NCBI RefSeq assembly: GCF_009914755.1
Contig: NC_060937.1
Direction: 5' to 3' (one strand)
From: the human T2T-CHM13v2.0 reference genome, Homo sapiens
DNA length: 64,000 bases
In this document: piece after piece, positions 27,480 to 41,988 of the stretch
How the letters are laid out: each line of letters starts with the position of its first letter
Position numbering within the stretch: the stretch's first letter is position 1
Position numbers and translations under genes: made by a program
The notes under the pieces: model-generated
The model's database searches: none
Told to the model about the DNA's origin: nothing
What the model saw: only the letters and a program-made list of their open reading frames with translations

Positions 27480-29880
27480 TAATTCAGCAGATGTTCATGA
27501 AGCATCTATTAATACTGTGTGCTCCTAGGAGCTCACCACCTAAAAGGAAGGCAGACAATTCAATACAATTGAGTAAAGTAAAATAATGGAGATGTACACA
27601 GTAAAATGTATGAGTTACATGTAACCCATTCTGAAGGGTGAGAGTTGGTTCCCTGGAAGATGTAGTATTTGATCCAAAGTTGACTGAGTGTGAATTAGGT
27701 GGATTAAACAGGAGAGACAACAAAGGATAGTTGGGCCAATGATAGGGTGGATATTTCTTCAATGAAAAGTTACAACGTATATGAAAAGAAGCAGCATATA
27801 TAACATGAGATGGGAAATACAAGCAGTTTGCTGGTTTTGAAGCTTAGAGGGCAATGCCAAGTGGTAAGAAATGGTACAGTAAGCAGGGACCAGATTATCT
27901 AGGAAGCCTTATGAGCTAAGGTAAAGAATTTATGCTGTATGCAACAAGAAACCATTACAGGTTTTCCATATGTGAGTGGTAGAGTCAAACTTATATTTTA
28001 CGTTATTCTAGTGGCAGTGTGGAGGATGGATGTGAGGGGATAAACAGAATTAAAGGTGACCAGTTGGAAGGCCATTGCAGTAGTTCAAGCAAGAGATGAA
28101 GAGAACTTGGACCAAGGCAATGGTAGTGAGCATGGAGAAGGAGGAACAAATTGTTATGAAATTGAAGTAAAACCTGCAAGATCTAGAACTGAGACATAGA
28201 GGCTATAAGGAACAGAAAAGTCAAAGTAAAAAAAAAAAGTCAAGGTAATGCCCAGATCTCTAGTTAGAGTGAAACAATTCAATCATGTAAAATGTATTTA
28301 TTGAGTATTTACTAAATACTGGGCTCTGTCCTAAGCATTGGGTTCAGATTGTTAAAGGAAAAGGGGCATGATCTTTTCCCTTATGGGGCTTAGAATCCAG
28401 AGCACGATACAGGAATTTTAATAAACACCATAATAAATATATGAATATATAAATATAAAACATTCTAAGGGCTTTGACTGAAAAGAACAATATGATGTCA
28501 GGAGAAAAAAAAATTGAATCACTAAGAAAGGTGTATCTGAGGAAATGACATTTAAGCAGAAGTTTATAAATCCAGTCCAAGAATAAGAAAAAGAATATTC
28601 ATGCAGTGGGAATAACATGGGAGGTAATGAGAGCTTGGACTCCTCAAAGGCTGACAGGAAGCCAGCATGGCTTAGAATAAAACCCAGGTGAGGTTTAGGA
28701 GTTGGATAGGGACTACATCCCATGAAGCTGTGAGGGTCAGGTGAAAATATTTATAATTTATTTAAAGTGCACTGAGAAGCCATTGCTTGTTTTTAAGCAC
28801 AAGAGTGACAATGAAGGCTGAGGAGGTTTGAATGAAGGAAAATAATTGGTTTTGTTTTAGATTAACATGTTGATTTTAGATTTCTGTTTTTCATCACAAT
28901 TCTGGACCTAGACCTATTAACCTCACAGGAGAGTTTTGTGCTGGAGATATTTCTGGAGAAACATCTGTGTTTCAAATACAGACAGATAAAGAAATTATAA
29001 AGACTGAGGAAAAGCCTCAAATTGCATAAAGAGAACCAAGAGTATCATGGAAGCCAGGGAAGTGGATTATTTTGAAAAAGAAGTATGACCAACAGTGTCA
29101 AATACAACAGAGAAGCTCAGTAAGAGTAAAGGTGAGAACAGTTTTAGTGGAATGATGGAAATAAAAGCCAGCTTGCAGTGGGTTGTGATGGAATGGGAAG
29201 AAATTGGTGATAATGAGTGTAGACCATTCTTTGTAGAGCTTTAGATGCAATGTGAGAAGAGTGATTAGACAAAAGCTATAGAGAAAGTGGGATCTTAGAA
29301 ACATTTTTATTGTTAGTTTTTTAAAGACTCGGGCATATTTACAGGATGTTGGAAAGAAACCAATAGGGAATAGATTGAAGATGTGGAAGGATGACAGATG
29401 AAGCAGAATTTCACAGGAGATGGGAGGGGAAGAAGTCATCAGCTCAGGTGGAGATTCTGGTCTTGAACAGGAGGAGTAACCATTATCTCCTAAAACTGGA
29501 GGTAGGTCCTAAAAATGAACATGTAAAATATATAGTTATATGGGTAAGAAAACAGGAAATTCATTTAGTCAACAAAGATTTATTTAGCTCCTATAATGCA
29601 TCAGTTGAGAGAGGTTACTATGAAATAACTTCAGATAATCTTTGAGAGCAAGAAGAATAATGATTGAAAAGAAGTTTTAAAGAAAGTTGTGATGATTTAG
29701 TGTTGATATTGAGAGGAACAGAAAAGAACAGAGCACAGGAAAGTGAATGTTTGAGAGATGATGCTGTGGGCTTAGCTGAGACTGGAAACCAAGGATTCAT
29801 GGTGACACGAATCTGCATTTCTGCTGATTATCTTCAGTAGCTCAGTCATTCATGTGTAAGATGGAGAAGGTAGATTTTAG
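27480..29880 (-). mobile_element. L2 fragments
   Basis: Reverse-strand L2 3' ends at about 27480 and 28275, followed by purine-rich L2 body. Confidence 0.65.
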
Positions 29881-29899
29881 CCTCCATAAAAAGACTTCT

Positions 29900-30478
29900 T
29901 TGGGAATGTCCATAGCAGTTTTATCTGCAATATCCTGAAAAAGTCTGCAATTCAAATGTCCATCAACAAAACAGTGGAAAACCTAATTGTTTTTATTCGC
30001 AATAATCAAAAGGTGGTAACTCAAATGTCCATTAACAGATTAATTAATGAATAAACAAAATGTGATATATACATACATAGAACATTATTCATCTTGAAAA
30101 CAGAATGAAATGCTAGTATATGCTACAACAACAATGAGCCTTGAAAACATTATGCTAGGTGGAATAAGTCAGATACAGAAGGATAAACATTGTGTTATTG
30201 TGCTTATATAAGGTACCTAGAATAGACAAATTTACAGACACAGAAAGTGGAATATAGGTTACTGGGGGCTCAGGTATAGCAGAGAGGGGAGAATTGGGAG
30301 TAGCTGTTCAATGGATATAGAGTTTCTGTTTGGGATGATGGGAAAGTTCTGGAAATACATATAGTGCTGGTGGTTGCATAATACTGTAATTGTAATTAAT
30401 GCTGCTGAATGGCACACTTAACAATGGCTAAAATGGCAGATTTTATGTTATCTATATTTTACTATAACAAAAAATACA
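29900..30478 (+). mobile_element. L1MB-like 3' end
   Basis: gccttgaaaacattatgctaggtgg...ttttatgttatctatattttac motif. Confidence 0.75.
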
Positions 30479-30480
30479 TA

Positions 30481-30678
30481 GAGCCTGGGCAACATGGTAA
30501 AACCCCATCTCTACAAAAAAATACGAAAAATTAGCTGTGCACAGTGGTATGTACTTGTAGTCCCAGTTACATAGGAGGCTAAGGTGGGAGGATCACTTGA
30601 GCCTGGGAAGTTGAGGCTGCAGTGAGCTTTGGGCAACAGAGTAAGACCCTGCCTCAAATATATATATATATATATATA
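30481..30678 (+). mobile_element. 5'-truncated Alu (AluJ/FRAM-like) with a (TA)n tail
   Basis: Begins at gcctgggcaacatgg; right monomer with an internal deletion. Confidence 0.8.
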
Positions 30679-30729
30679 GTTATTAGTAACCTCAATGCTT
30701 TCATCTTTCCTCCTAGTCTTCCTTCTTTC

Positions 30730-31070
30730 TAAAATTTTTAGGTATAATTTATATACAATAAAATGCACAAATCTTAGGTATTTGATTTAAAGTGTTTAAC
30801 AAATATACGCACCCATATAACTACTATCCAAAACAAGATATGGGGTATTCCCATTATCCTAGAAAGTTTACCCTAGAAATGTCCCCATGTACATTTCTAG
30901 TCAATTCCCAGACTTCTAACATCATAGACTTATTTCACCTGTTCTGGAAAATTATAAAAGTTGATTGATACAACAAATGATTTTTTGAGTGTGACATCTT
31001 TCACTCAACATACATTTTGGGGATTCACCCATGTTGTATATATCAGTATTCCATTCCTTTTTAATGATGA
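30730..31070 (-). mobile_element. Old L1 3' end (L1MC/ME)
   Basis: ggtataatttatatacaataaaatgcacaaatcttagg motif. Confidence 0.65.
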
Positions 31071-31074
31071 CCTC

Positions 31075-32468
31075 ATGTCACATGGCCTCAGCCATTTCAG
31101 CAAAGTCAAAAATAGAAATGGGATTAACTAGGAACGAAATTTGTGGACAAGTCTTTTGTCTTATGGAATGAATACCCATGATATACATGGGAAACCCACT
31201 AGGTTCTTGAAGATTTTATACTAATAGAAATGTTGCCAGAGTGTATTAAGAAGGACAAAGACAGTATGAAATGAAAAAAGGCTGTCAGATCTCCAAAATT
31301 CCATGGGCAGGAAACAGCTGAATATATGTGCCAACTTTCATGAAAAAGGGAGGGTGATTCAGAGGGTGGTGCCAGGAACTGGGGAGGATGAAACCAGGAG
31401 CACCGAAGGTGGAGCTGTGATTCTAAAAGACAGAGCCAGAAGCCAGGAGGGCAGAAACTGGAAAGCAGGTGGCAGAGCTGGGAGCTGCTGCTGATTATTC
31501 CCAGGCCTTGAAACCAGATGAAGTTTACTCAGTCCTATTTCAAAATTGCTTGGAATTGGTAATTCCTGTTTACCTTTCATTTTCTCCCTTTTGAACCAGA
31601 ATATCTATAACTTATCCTATGCCTGTCTCACCATTGTATTTTGAGAGCAGATAACTTGTTTCTTTAATTTCATAGATCCACAAATGGAGAAAAGTTGTGC
31701 TTCTGGATGGGTTATATCTGGAGCCTCACCTATACCTAATTTAGATGATGAGATATGGGACTTTTGAGATTTAGATGAGATGTTGAACTTTGAGTTGATG
31801 CTGTAAAGGTTAACCTTTCGGGAAATTGAGATAAGTGAATGTATTTTGCATGTGGGATAGATGTGAATCTTTAGGGATGAACTGTGATAGGGCGAATAAT
31901 GGTCCCCAAAGATGTTCATATTCTACCAGAACATGTGAATATGTTATATTACATGGCAAAGGGAAATTAAGTTTGGAGATGAAATTAAGGGTTCTAATCA
32001 GCTGATCTTAAAGTAGGGAGATTATTCTGGATTAGTTGAGTGGTCCCAATCAAATCACATGAGCTCTTAAAAATGGAAGGGGGATGCAGAAGCATTTGTC
32101 AGAGAGATACCACCTGAGGACTTGACTTGCTTTTGTTGGTTTTGAAGATGGAGGAAGGGAGCCATGAGTCAAGGAATGAGGCAGCTTGAAAACCTGGGAA
32201 TGGCCTTCAGCATACAGCCAACAAGAAAACAAGGGCCTCAGTTCTACAGCCGGAAAGAACTGAATTCTGCCAACAGCCTGCATGAGTAAGAAAACAGATT
32301 CTCCCTAGAGCCTCCAGATAGCAATGCAGTCCTGCTGATGCCTTAATTTTAGTAGAGTGAGACCTTTGCAGACTTCTGACCTATATAACTATAATTAATA
32401 AATCTGAGTTGTTGTACGCCACTGTTTGTGTTGCAATTTGTTAATGGCAGTAACAGCAAACTAAAATA
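31075..32468 (+). mobile_element. MLT1 internal fragment plus 3' LTR (MLT1E-like LTR 31883-32468)
   Basis: LTR begins tgtgatagggcgaataatggtccccaaagatg and contains ctaatcagctga; preceded by MLT-int-like sequence. Confidence 0.75.
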
Positions 32469-33129
32469 AAACCAGTCAAAGATTTCAACTCTTGTGGGAT
32501 CACATTCCCCCAGGAGGAGACAGTCAATATATGTAATAAATAAATTATATAGTATGTGAGAAGGTAATAAGTGATATGAAAAAGAACAAACAGTAAAAGG
32601 GAGTGAGAGTGTGATTTTAAGTGGGATAGCTAAGGTAGGCCTTATTGAGAAAGGGACACTGGAACAAAGTGGGGGTTTGTGATGTAAATTTAGCAGTTCA
32701 AGTCTAATTTAACAGTATTTTATTAAATAAAACAATTGGTTACTCAATTTGTTTGAAGCCCTAGTGTTAGGATTTAAATTAAGATACATATTTTTTCTAG
32801 ATATTATCTAACATAGAAAAATGGTTGTTTATTTTGGTGGCTAAGCATTGTATTTAAAAGATTGTCTTTTTAATTCTTTTCATTATTAGTCTTTTTCTTA
32901 TAGTTTCCATATGTTAAAATATGCATATATTTTTTTTCCCAGATATATTATTTTGGTACCTTCTCAAAGTTTTACTAAAAGTGTAATGGAGTACTTTCAC
33001 TGTTATCTTTCCATTCCTAACAAGATCTTTCTAGTTTCATGAGACTCAAAGTGATAGAGTAGAAAAAGCAAGACACTTTCAGAGGCAAGTTCTGTCCCAT
33101 ATATGCTACAAACTCTAGCAAGCCAGTGA

Positions 33130-33440
<311 letters not shown>

Positions 33441-33539
33441 CTGACCTACTCTTAACTTCAGTTTCCATCTGAAAGTTTAGAAAACTTATACTTGTCTTCA
33501 AGGATGTTACAAAAATTAGGTAAGAAAATCTTGTAAATT

Positions 33540-33838
33540 GGCTGGGCATGGTGGCTCACGCCTGTAATCCCAGCACTTTGGGAGGCCGGGGTGGGCGAAT
33601 CACGAGGTCAGGAGATCGAGACCATCCTGGCCAACATGGTGAAACCCCATCTCTACTAAAAATACAAAAATTAGCTGGGCATGGTGGCGTGTGCCTGTAA
33701 TCCCAGCTACTCAGGAGGCTGAGGCAGGAGAATCGCTTGAACCAGGGGAGTTGCAGGTTGCAGTGAGCCAAGATCACACCACTGCACTCCAGCCTGGTGA
33801 CAGAGCAAGACTCTGTCTCAAAAAAAAAAAAAAAAAAA
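33540..33838 (+). mobile_element. AluSc-like
   Basis: Full Alu (atcacgaggtcaggagatcgagaccatcctggccaac); TSD aaaatcttgtaaatt. Confidence 0.93.
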
Positions 33839-35444
33839 ATCTTGTAAATTATTTTTAAAATCCTTTCAATTATTTTCACAGATTAGTCTCTTTTCCTTGA
33901 CCTAAATTTCTAAAATAAAATAAAATATGCAATATTTTTGAAATTATGTAACAATTGATTGTTTCAATATAGGGCAAATTAGAAGTTAATAAAGAAAAAA
34001 GTTCTATTTGAGTAAAGCACACATTTACTGAGGCCTACATTTTCGTTCCTAAGGTTTTGCTTTGAGCAACTTAGGGCATACTGTGTGAGGCAGCATGGAG
34101 GCAGGAAAGCTCAGCTTCTGTGGGAGAAAGAACAGGGGCCTCCTATTAGTGGCCAGTGGATCAACACTCCCATGTTATGCTTAGAACTTTATTACTATGA
34201 AAAGCTCTTTGATTTGTCTTTTCAACTCTCTTATAAAATGAAGATAATAAATCACTTCAAAAATCCAAATGTTTTTTTTTCCTGTTCCCAAAGCTTTTGT
34301 AGAAAAGATAAAAAAGGGAGAAAAAGGGAGGTGGGGTGAAGGACAGAGACATGTTTTAGACTCATGCCCTGAGGTTATGCAGAAACAACTGTCACAAAGG
34401 TTAAAACAAAAAGTCTTTATCTTTTTCTCAGTGGATAGCAGGAGAAAAATGACATAGGAAATAGCTACTTCAACTGAGGGAGTCAAATCTTTGCCTTACT
34501 TGTTTGACTCAATTTACTTTAATTGGCAGGTAGGTTCTTCGGGAAAGAGAAACTATTTGGAACAAAAAGAACCGAACAGCCTATTTGAAAGCCGTGTCTT
34601 AACAGCAGATCTGAAATTGTACACATTTATTTTCCCATATTGTTATTTATTAAAGAAGGGGATTAAATTACCTTGCCTCCACATATCTGATGAAAAGGGA
34701 TAGCTACATTTTATTTCATACCAAATTGGATACATTGCTTAACCTCTTATAGCTTCCATTTTTTTAACCTGTAAAAAACAATCCTACACTGGTATGTTAA
34801 AAGATCATTCTAAATTACCATATAGTAGGCTTTTAATAAATATTTATATCAGTGTGGTGGTCATCACTGTTAATACATGAAATTATTATTGCTAGTCTAA
34901 TCTTGCAAGCTAACAGTAGGGCTCTAGTTTAGGCAGCTCATTGGCCAATAATTTGCTAATAAATCAAGCAATGAAATAAATGTAAAAAGTTTTACATATC
35001 CTAAAAAATGTGATAGATTTGGTACTGGTGGGACATAGAGTATCAGACCAAACAGGCTGTCTGAACAGATTTTCTCTGTAAAAATCATATATAGATGACA
35101 TAAATTTCAACTCTAGAACCTATTCAGCTTCCTCAGTGCTGCCTACACCTGTTACATCTCACAATCAGCAGGAATATGTCATCCATAGTGAAAGCCTGGA
35201 ACCAAACTAGGTTGCCAGAGCCAAGGTAATAGGGAAGATAGAATGACTCCAGAAACTGCCTGAGGCAAGAAAATGATATGATATTGAATTGAAAGATAGA
35301 GCAAATGGTATTAACATTTTCTTTACAGAGATGATAAGAAGTCAGAGATGAACACTGAATTGAATAGGCATTTCCTTTGTTTTCCTAGTCAGTCTCATTA
35401 ACTTCTCAGAGCAAATTATTTTAAATTAACTGGGGTCACCATTC

Positions 35445-35890
35445 CTTTCATTCAGTTATGATTTACTCAGCACTTACGATGTACTAGACAGCATGTAAGG
35501 CACTGGATGTATAGAAATATGAAATTGAATCCGTGCCCTCTAGAAGCTCATAATTTTAGGAGGCAGACGTTTATTGCACGATGTGATGGGTACTATGAGA
35601 GAGTAAGCAGAGAAGTACAGAAGAGGCATCTCACCCAGTCTGAAGGATTTGGGAAGAGTTTGTTGGAAGAGATGACATCTGAGCCAAGACAAAAAATGAA
35701 AAGACAATGATCAGAGTCAAGCTTGGGGAAATTTTACGTGTTATTTAGAGATATGTGATAACTGGTTAATTCAGGGAATTTTAGCAAATAAATGCTGGAC
35801 CACAGAGGAATATGGGGGATTGTGAGAGGCAAGCTGGACAAGTAGCATGGGACCAGATCATGAGGACCTTTATATGCCATGTTAAGACAG
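35445..35890 (-). mobile_element. L2 fragment
   Basis: ttcattcagttatgatttactcagcac start and purine-rich body. Confidence 0.55.
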
Positions 35891-36229
35891 TAAGAAGTTG
35901 GCGAAAAATTCTGCTCATGATGCCTTAGTTAAAAATCATACAAATAACTTCTCACCTTTTATTTACATGGAAAACAAGAAAGTCTTTGAGAACAGCACAT
36001 ACAGAGAAGGGGGTGTTTACTAGGGATTATGATGACTATGATACTGAGCCCTTCAATTCCAGTCTTCAAGAAGCAATTCCCACTTCCATCCAACCCCTAG
36101 GAGTCAGGGCTTCTGACAGCACAACTATGTTTTTGCAGAGTGTTTGTATTCTTTGGTTCTCACCTTTAAGTACTTGTCTTGATGGAAAGAAAGATTAAAG
36201 GTATTTTACTAGAAAAGTCTTAATGCAAT

Positions 36230-36645
36230 TGTAGTGGGTTGAATAGCATCCCTCGGAAATTCATGTCCTTATAGAACCTCAGAATGTGACCTCATTTGGA
36301 GATAGCGTCTTTGCAGATGCAGTTAGTTAATATAAGGTCATACTTATACTAACTTGGATAAGGGTGAGCCCCAAATTCAATGGCTATTGTCCCTATAAGA
36401 AAGGCATGTGAAGACAAAGGCAGAGGTTGGAGTTATGCTTCCACAAGCCGTGGAATGCCAAAGATGGCAGGCAACCACTGGAAGCTGGGGGAGAAGCAAG
36501 GGACAGTTTCTCCCTCAGAGCCTATGAAGGGAACCAGCCCTGCTAATACCTTCATTTCGACTTCTGGCGCCCTGAACTGTGAGAAAATACATTTCTGTTA
36601 CTTTAAGCCACCCAGATTATGGTAATTTGTTAGGAAACTAATGCA
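36230..36645 (+). mobile_element. MLT1B/C-like solo LTR
   Basis: tgtagtgggttgaatag...ggaaactaatgca. Confidence 0.8.
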
Positions 36646-36920
36646 ACAACAACAACAAAAAAGTATCTTAGTGATAATGAAAATTTTTCTAAATAGGGCT
36701 TTGTCCACTCCAAAAATCTCAAACTGGTCTTAATGGATAGATGAGTAATTCTTAGGAATTTTCATAGTAATTACACGATCTATAATGAAAAGAAGTCCAT
36801 ATAAATTTCAAGATCTTAGAAATCTGGTTTCTATACTCCTGCCTACTTACTCAAGTACTTATTTATTCCCAGTGGTGATACATAATCATTTCTACAATTA
36901 ATTTTCTCTTTCTATTTAAG

Positions 36921-37004
36921 GTTATTTTCCTTGTCTTATCTTGAAGAACTTGATGTTTCCTATAATGAACTTACTTTTATTCCAAATGAAATTCAGAAAC
37001 TCAG
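36921..37004 (+). CDS. LRRC63: LRRC63 coding exon (84 nt, phase 2-2), LRR: (G)LFSLSYLEELDVSYNELTFIPNEIQKL
   Basis: tttctatttaAG acceptor; AG|GTATTT donor; LEELDVSYNEL LRR motif. Confidence 0.93.
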
Positions 37005-38195
37005 GTATTTTGGAAGTACACAGAAAGTTATATGCCCCTTAATTATATATTTAATAATGATTGTGATAGAGAAAATCGATCCTTTCATTTATTTAATAGC
37101 CATAAAATGTAATCTGTGAAGTACAAAGTTTACCAAACATGTAATTTGAATGATTGGTGTACAGTATTTTTAAGACATAACATTTCCAGAAATTATTTAA
37201 AGAAAGTGCAGATGACTACTTAACAGAACGATAAGCTACTTATGTCCATTTGTCTGTGTGTGTACCTGTGGCTCTTATTATGTTTCATTTATTTTTTGTG
37301 AGGAAATACATTTACGCAAAATGCTAATAATACAAAATATAATTTTAATGCAAAGCTTCAATTCTTTCTAACATTAATAAAAGTCTGAAGTTTATCTATG
37401 TCCTTCTAGGTCAGTACTATACTGTTTTGATTGTGACTTCAGAATAATTTTTAATAACTAGTAGGGAGATTATTTTTCAGTAATAGTCTCTTAACTATTC
37501 TCTTTAGAACATAATCTTTCAGATCATTTTGTATAATTTCTAGCACATCCAGCAGCACACATAATCACAGAGTTAGAATTTTAATTGCAATTGCATAGAG
37601 TTTACTCATAAATTTGGGAGAATTTATATTTTTGATCAATTTTTCTACTCTAAAACTTTTTTTTCATTTTTTCAGATCTTGTTTTATGTTCTTCATAGGA
37701 ATTTATGACTCACGTCATATTTTTCTTAATAACCTTTTCTAAGTGTTTTATGATTGTGATTGTTACTATGAATGTAATGTAATATTTCTCTTATTTCCAC
37801 TTGTTTCTAATTATTGTCAGTACAGAATAGAGAAAAACTATGTACTTCTTTACATTAACTTAAAACTAATGTGTGTAACCAAGTTCTTCTGTTAGTTCTG
37901 ATTTAGTTTTACTACATTTTATTTTGTTTCCTAGGAACGTAATCTTCCATTTAGCAGAATGAGATAATTTTACCTTTGCTTTTAAAATATTTAGATCAAT
38001 TATTTAATTTCCTATGTGACAATCTCTATATTTTAGTAGGAGAATTCAGTCTGTTCATATTTATTATGACCAACATATTTAATTTTTGCTTTTCATTTTA
38101 CTTTGTACTTATTATTTATTTACTTTCCCCTTTTCCTACCTATTTTTTTAAGGATGCTGTTTGTTCTCTTTTTAAATTTTTGAATTTATTTTATT

Positions 38196-38440
38196 TTTAA
38201 TTTTTAGAGACAGGATCTCACTCTGTCGCCCAGGCTGGAGTGCAGTGGTATGATCATAGCTCACTACGGCCTTGAACTCCTGGACTCACAATTCTCCTGC
38301 CTCAGCCTCCTGAATAGCTGGGACTATAGGTGTACACCAGCATGCCTCGCTAATTTTTTTATATTTTGTAGAGATGGGGGTCTCACTATGTTGCCCAAGC
38401 TGGTCTCAAACTCCTAGCCTCAAGTGATCCTACCACCTCT
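38196..38440 (-). mobile_element. AluJ, 5'-truncated, within old antisense L1 sequence
   Basis: Right monomer plus part of the left monomer. Confidence 0.85.
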
Positions 38441-39890
38441 TTTTTTCTATGTTATTAATTTTGGCATTCTATTGTACTACCCTAATCTGCTATTTGGCTA
38501 TCTTTCCTTTTCCCAAACTCATAATCAAACTCATTTTCTTTAATATTTTATAAAGGCAATATAAAAAGTACTTCCCCCACCATGATGGTCTGTCTCCCCA
38601 CTGCTGCCTTCCACTGTTCGTTGAGACCTTTAGAACAGTTATTTTCTTTGGAAAGATGCTTTCTTTCCAAACTCATCTTCCCCTTATCCAACTCTAGGCT
38701 TTGCTGAAATAGTTTAGAAACTTTTGTTTCAGATTCTCATTAGTATTTTCCTTTGCATCATGTCTCTTTTTATTAAAGAATGTTTATTTAGCACTTAAAT
38801 CTTACAAGCATTTTAGTTCATTCTCCTTTTATATTTATCTGTATGTATTTCAAGACTCACTGTTTACAGCTGTTTCGCTCCTTTCCTCTCACCTGGAACC
38901 TGGCCGTGTCTCTTTTGATTCATTGGCTGTTTAGCGTTTTTCCTTAAGTATTTTCCTCAGATGGAATACATAGGTAATTTTTTCTCTGAATCTTTAACCC
39001 TGACAAATAAATGATGTCCTGAGTGAGTGGACAAGCTTTCATTCAGCGTGTTTCACAGTAGCCTCCATCATTGTGTCCTCCTCTAGTTTCCAGGGTGCTG
39101 GGGAGGCACCTGATGCCAGTTTGATTCTTTTTTCTTCCTAAGCGACTTTTCTTCTTGACTGGAAAGACTAAGATTCTCCCATAATCTTTGACCTTTCAGA
39201 ATTTTATGAGATTACGCTTACAAGTTGTCTTTTTCTTAAGTTGTCTTTCCCGGAATTCAGTGAATTATTTGAATCAGCCAGCTCAAACTTCTCTTTTCTA
39301 GTTCAGAAAATATGTTTAAATAGTTCCTGTCCTTCTCCATCTGTTTCGTATTTTCTTCCTAAAATGCCTATTGTTTACATGTTAGGTCTCCTAGATCTGT
39401 CTTCCATGGTACCTAGATTTTTCCTCATGGTTTTTATTTATTTATTTATTTATTTAGTTAGTTAGTTAGTTTTGAATTATTTCTTCTACTTCGTCTTTGC
39501 CTCTAATTTGGATCCCCATGAAGATCATGTTCTTCTTTCATTCATCCACTTAACTTTTTAGTTTTACACATCATGCATTTTGGTTCCAGAACATCTCTGC
39601 GTGTCTGTGTGTGCTGTATTTGAATCTTGTTTCCCCACCCCCCTCCCCAACTTTGTATCCATCCCTCCACAGAAGATGCTTGTCCCAGGACCTTTGCTTT
39701 GTGTGTTCTATGTGTTTTTCTCTTCTGGCCACTCTTTCTTCCATGCAAGTCCAATGGCAGTCACATAACACCACTCAGAATGCTAAGAAAGTGAGTGGTG
39801 GATGAGGAGGAAGCTTCTCTGCACCTCAGGGTGCTCAGCTGCCAAGGCAGTCTCAACACAGAGCTATTCTAGCTTTAAGGATGGCTTAGC

Positions 39891-40187
39891 AGCCAGGTGC
39901 AGTGGCTCACACCTGTAATCCTAGCACTTTGGGAGGCCGAGGAGGGTGTATTGCCTGAGGTCAGGCATTCAAGACTAGCCTGGCCAACATGGTGAAACCC
40001 CGTCTCTACTAAAAAGACGAAAATTAGCCAGGCGTGGTGGTGGTGGATGCCTGTAATCCCAGCTACTCGTGAGACTGAGTCAGGAGAATCACTTGAACCC
40101 AGGGGGCAGAGCTTGCAGTGAGCCGAGATCAGGCCACTTCACTCCAGCCTGGGCAACAGAGTGAGACTCCATCTCAAAAAAAAAAAA
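39891..40187 (+). mobile_element. AluS
   Basis: Full dimer with A-tail. Confidence 0.92.
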
Positions 40188-40374
40188 TGTTTAGCCTGCC
40201 TAGCTCTCTTAGAACTCATTGAGGGGAAGGAGGCAGCTAAACAGGTGTGTCCTCCGAGGTAAACCAACTCAGGCAGGGAGAGCCTCACCATGGCTATTCA
40301 GGTGAGCCATGGTGAACCTTCACTAGCATTTGCCTAGAGTGTGCCACACTCATTCTGATTGTCCACATAGAATT

Positions 40375-40723
40375 TGTATTTCTCAGCTTGGGCTACTATA
40401 ACAAAACACCATAGGCTGGGCAGTTATAAAAAACAGAAATTTATTTCCCACAGGCTGGGAAGTCCAATATCAAGGCCCCAGCAGATGTGGTGTCTGGTGA
40501 GGGCCCACTTCCTCATAGACAGCCATCTTCTCACTCTAATCTCACATGACAGAAGGGGTGAGGGCTCTCTCAAGTCTCTTTTATAAGGGCACTAATCTCA
40601 CGCATGAGGGCTCCTGCCCTGATCTAGTCACCTCCTAAAGGCCCCACCTCCAAATACCATCAACTTAAGGTGAAGATTTCAATATTTGAATTTTGGGGGG
40701 ACAGAAACATTCAGACCAGAGCA
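40375..40723 (-). mobile_element. MLT1A-like solo LTR
   Basis: gggctactataacaaaacaccataggctggg...aaacattcagaccagagca. Confidence 0.82.
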
Positions 40724-41748
40724 GGGCTCTCTGCTGCCGGCCCCTAGGCTTGTGATTTGCGCAGAAGAAAAAGGTGACCATGCCAGCTCTCTCATTCAGG
40801 ACTGTGGCAGAGACTGGAGTCTTGCTCACCTTTTTCAGACCATGAGAGGTGAATTAGTCAAACTCTGGTTGAGGGATAAAGAGAGCTGAGGTGCCATCTT
40901 CCTAGCCTCATTGTTTTCAATACCCTTGTTGATCACATTTTAATGTTATCAGCAGGAGTCATAAATAAGTTACACTGTGTAGATATGAGTTATGAAACTA
41001 GACTGTAAATGAGAATCCAGAGGCCCTCAGCAGTTTGTTTCCTAAAGTTCATATATCAGCCTTTTCACCTCTAATACATTTGACAAGTTGGACCAGCCTT
41101 TGATTTGATTTTTATGTGTCTCTCATGAACAGACTCTTTTCCGTCTGCTTCTAGGACTAATTAGAAAGGAGATACATGACTGTACAAAAATACCATTAAG
41201 GCAAGTGAAAATAAGAAAATCAGTAATGTTGGTTCTCTTTGAATAAATAATAAGGGTTATTAGAAGTTATTGACACAGAAAAAACCCAGAGGACCCAGTT
41301 AATGAAAAGTCAAAGCACAAAATAGCACATAATATGTTTTGATAGCATAAATTTCACTATTTTGATTGGGCTTGAATATGTGTTGATGTTTAATTTGTCT
41401 ATGAAAATATATTCTGTGTATCATACTATACCATATTTTATGTAACATGACATTGATTAATCTTGTGTTTGTGGATATTTCTTTTTCCATAGTGATGACA
41501 TATTGCAAAAATCCAAACTATGTACTTAAACCGTGCTATTCACTCAAAGGCACTTATTTGCATAATACTATATTGGTTCTATTGCTTTATAAATTAATTC
41601 TCTTGATTCTAAAGAAATACTTAAATTCATACTTGTATTTTATTGGTACTAGTTTGATGCCAATTTTCATGAACAATTGAGGCAGAATTTTACTTTAATA
41701 TTATGAATTGTATAATACCTTTTAAAGTGTGGTTTCCTTTATTTACAG

Positions 41749-41988
41749 ATCACTTGAAAAACTGACTGTTGATGGGAATGAACTGAGTTTTTTCCCCCAT
41801 GGAATTTTGAAGCTTAACCTGACAAAAATTCAGTTTGAGAATAATTTCACTCATCCTTGTTTTTGGAGAGATAATTATTTGAATAATCCACAACAACTTA
41901 CTCAAATTATTTCTTTGTTCATTGTCCAAAATAAACTACATAAATTTTATGATAAGATCCCAGTAGAAGTTCAGAAGTTACTAAAATG
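41749..41988 (+). CDS. LRRC63: LRRC63 coding exon (240 nt, phase 2-2), last LRRs and post-LRR helical region: (R)SLEKLTVDGNELSFFP...IPVEVQKLLK
   Basis: ttcctttatttacAG acceptor; TG|GTGAGC donor; lies within ORF 41729..41992. Confidence 0.93.

Noticed and set aside
36230-36645. Second sense MaLR LTR just upstream of an exon acting as an alternative promoter
   Set aside because: The element is old and diverged, I found no convincing in-frame ATG/donor pair, and its poly(A) hexamer has decayed (AATACA).
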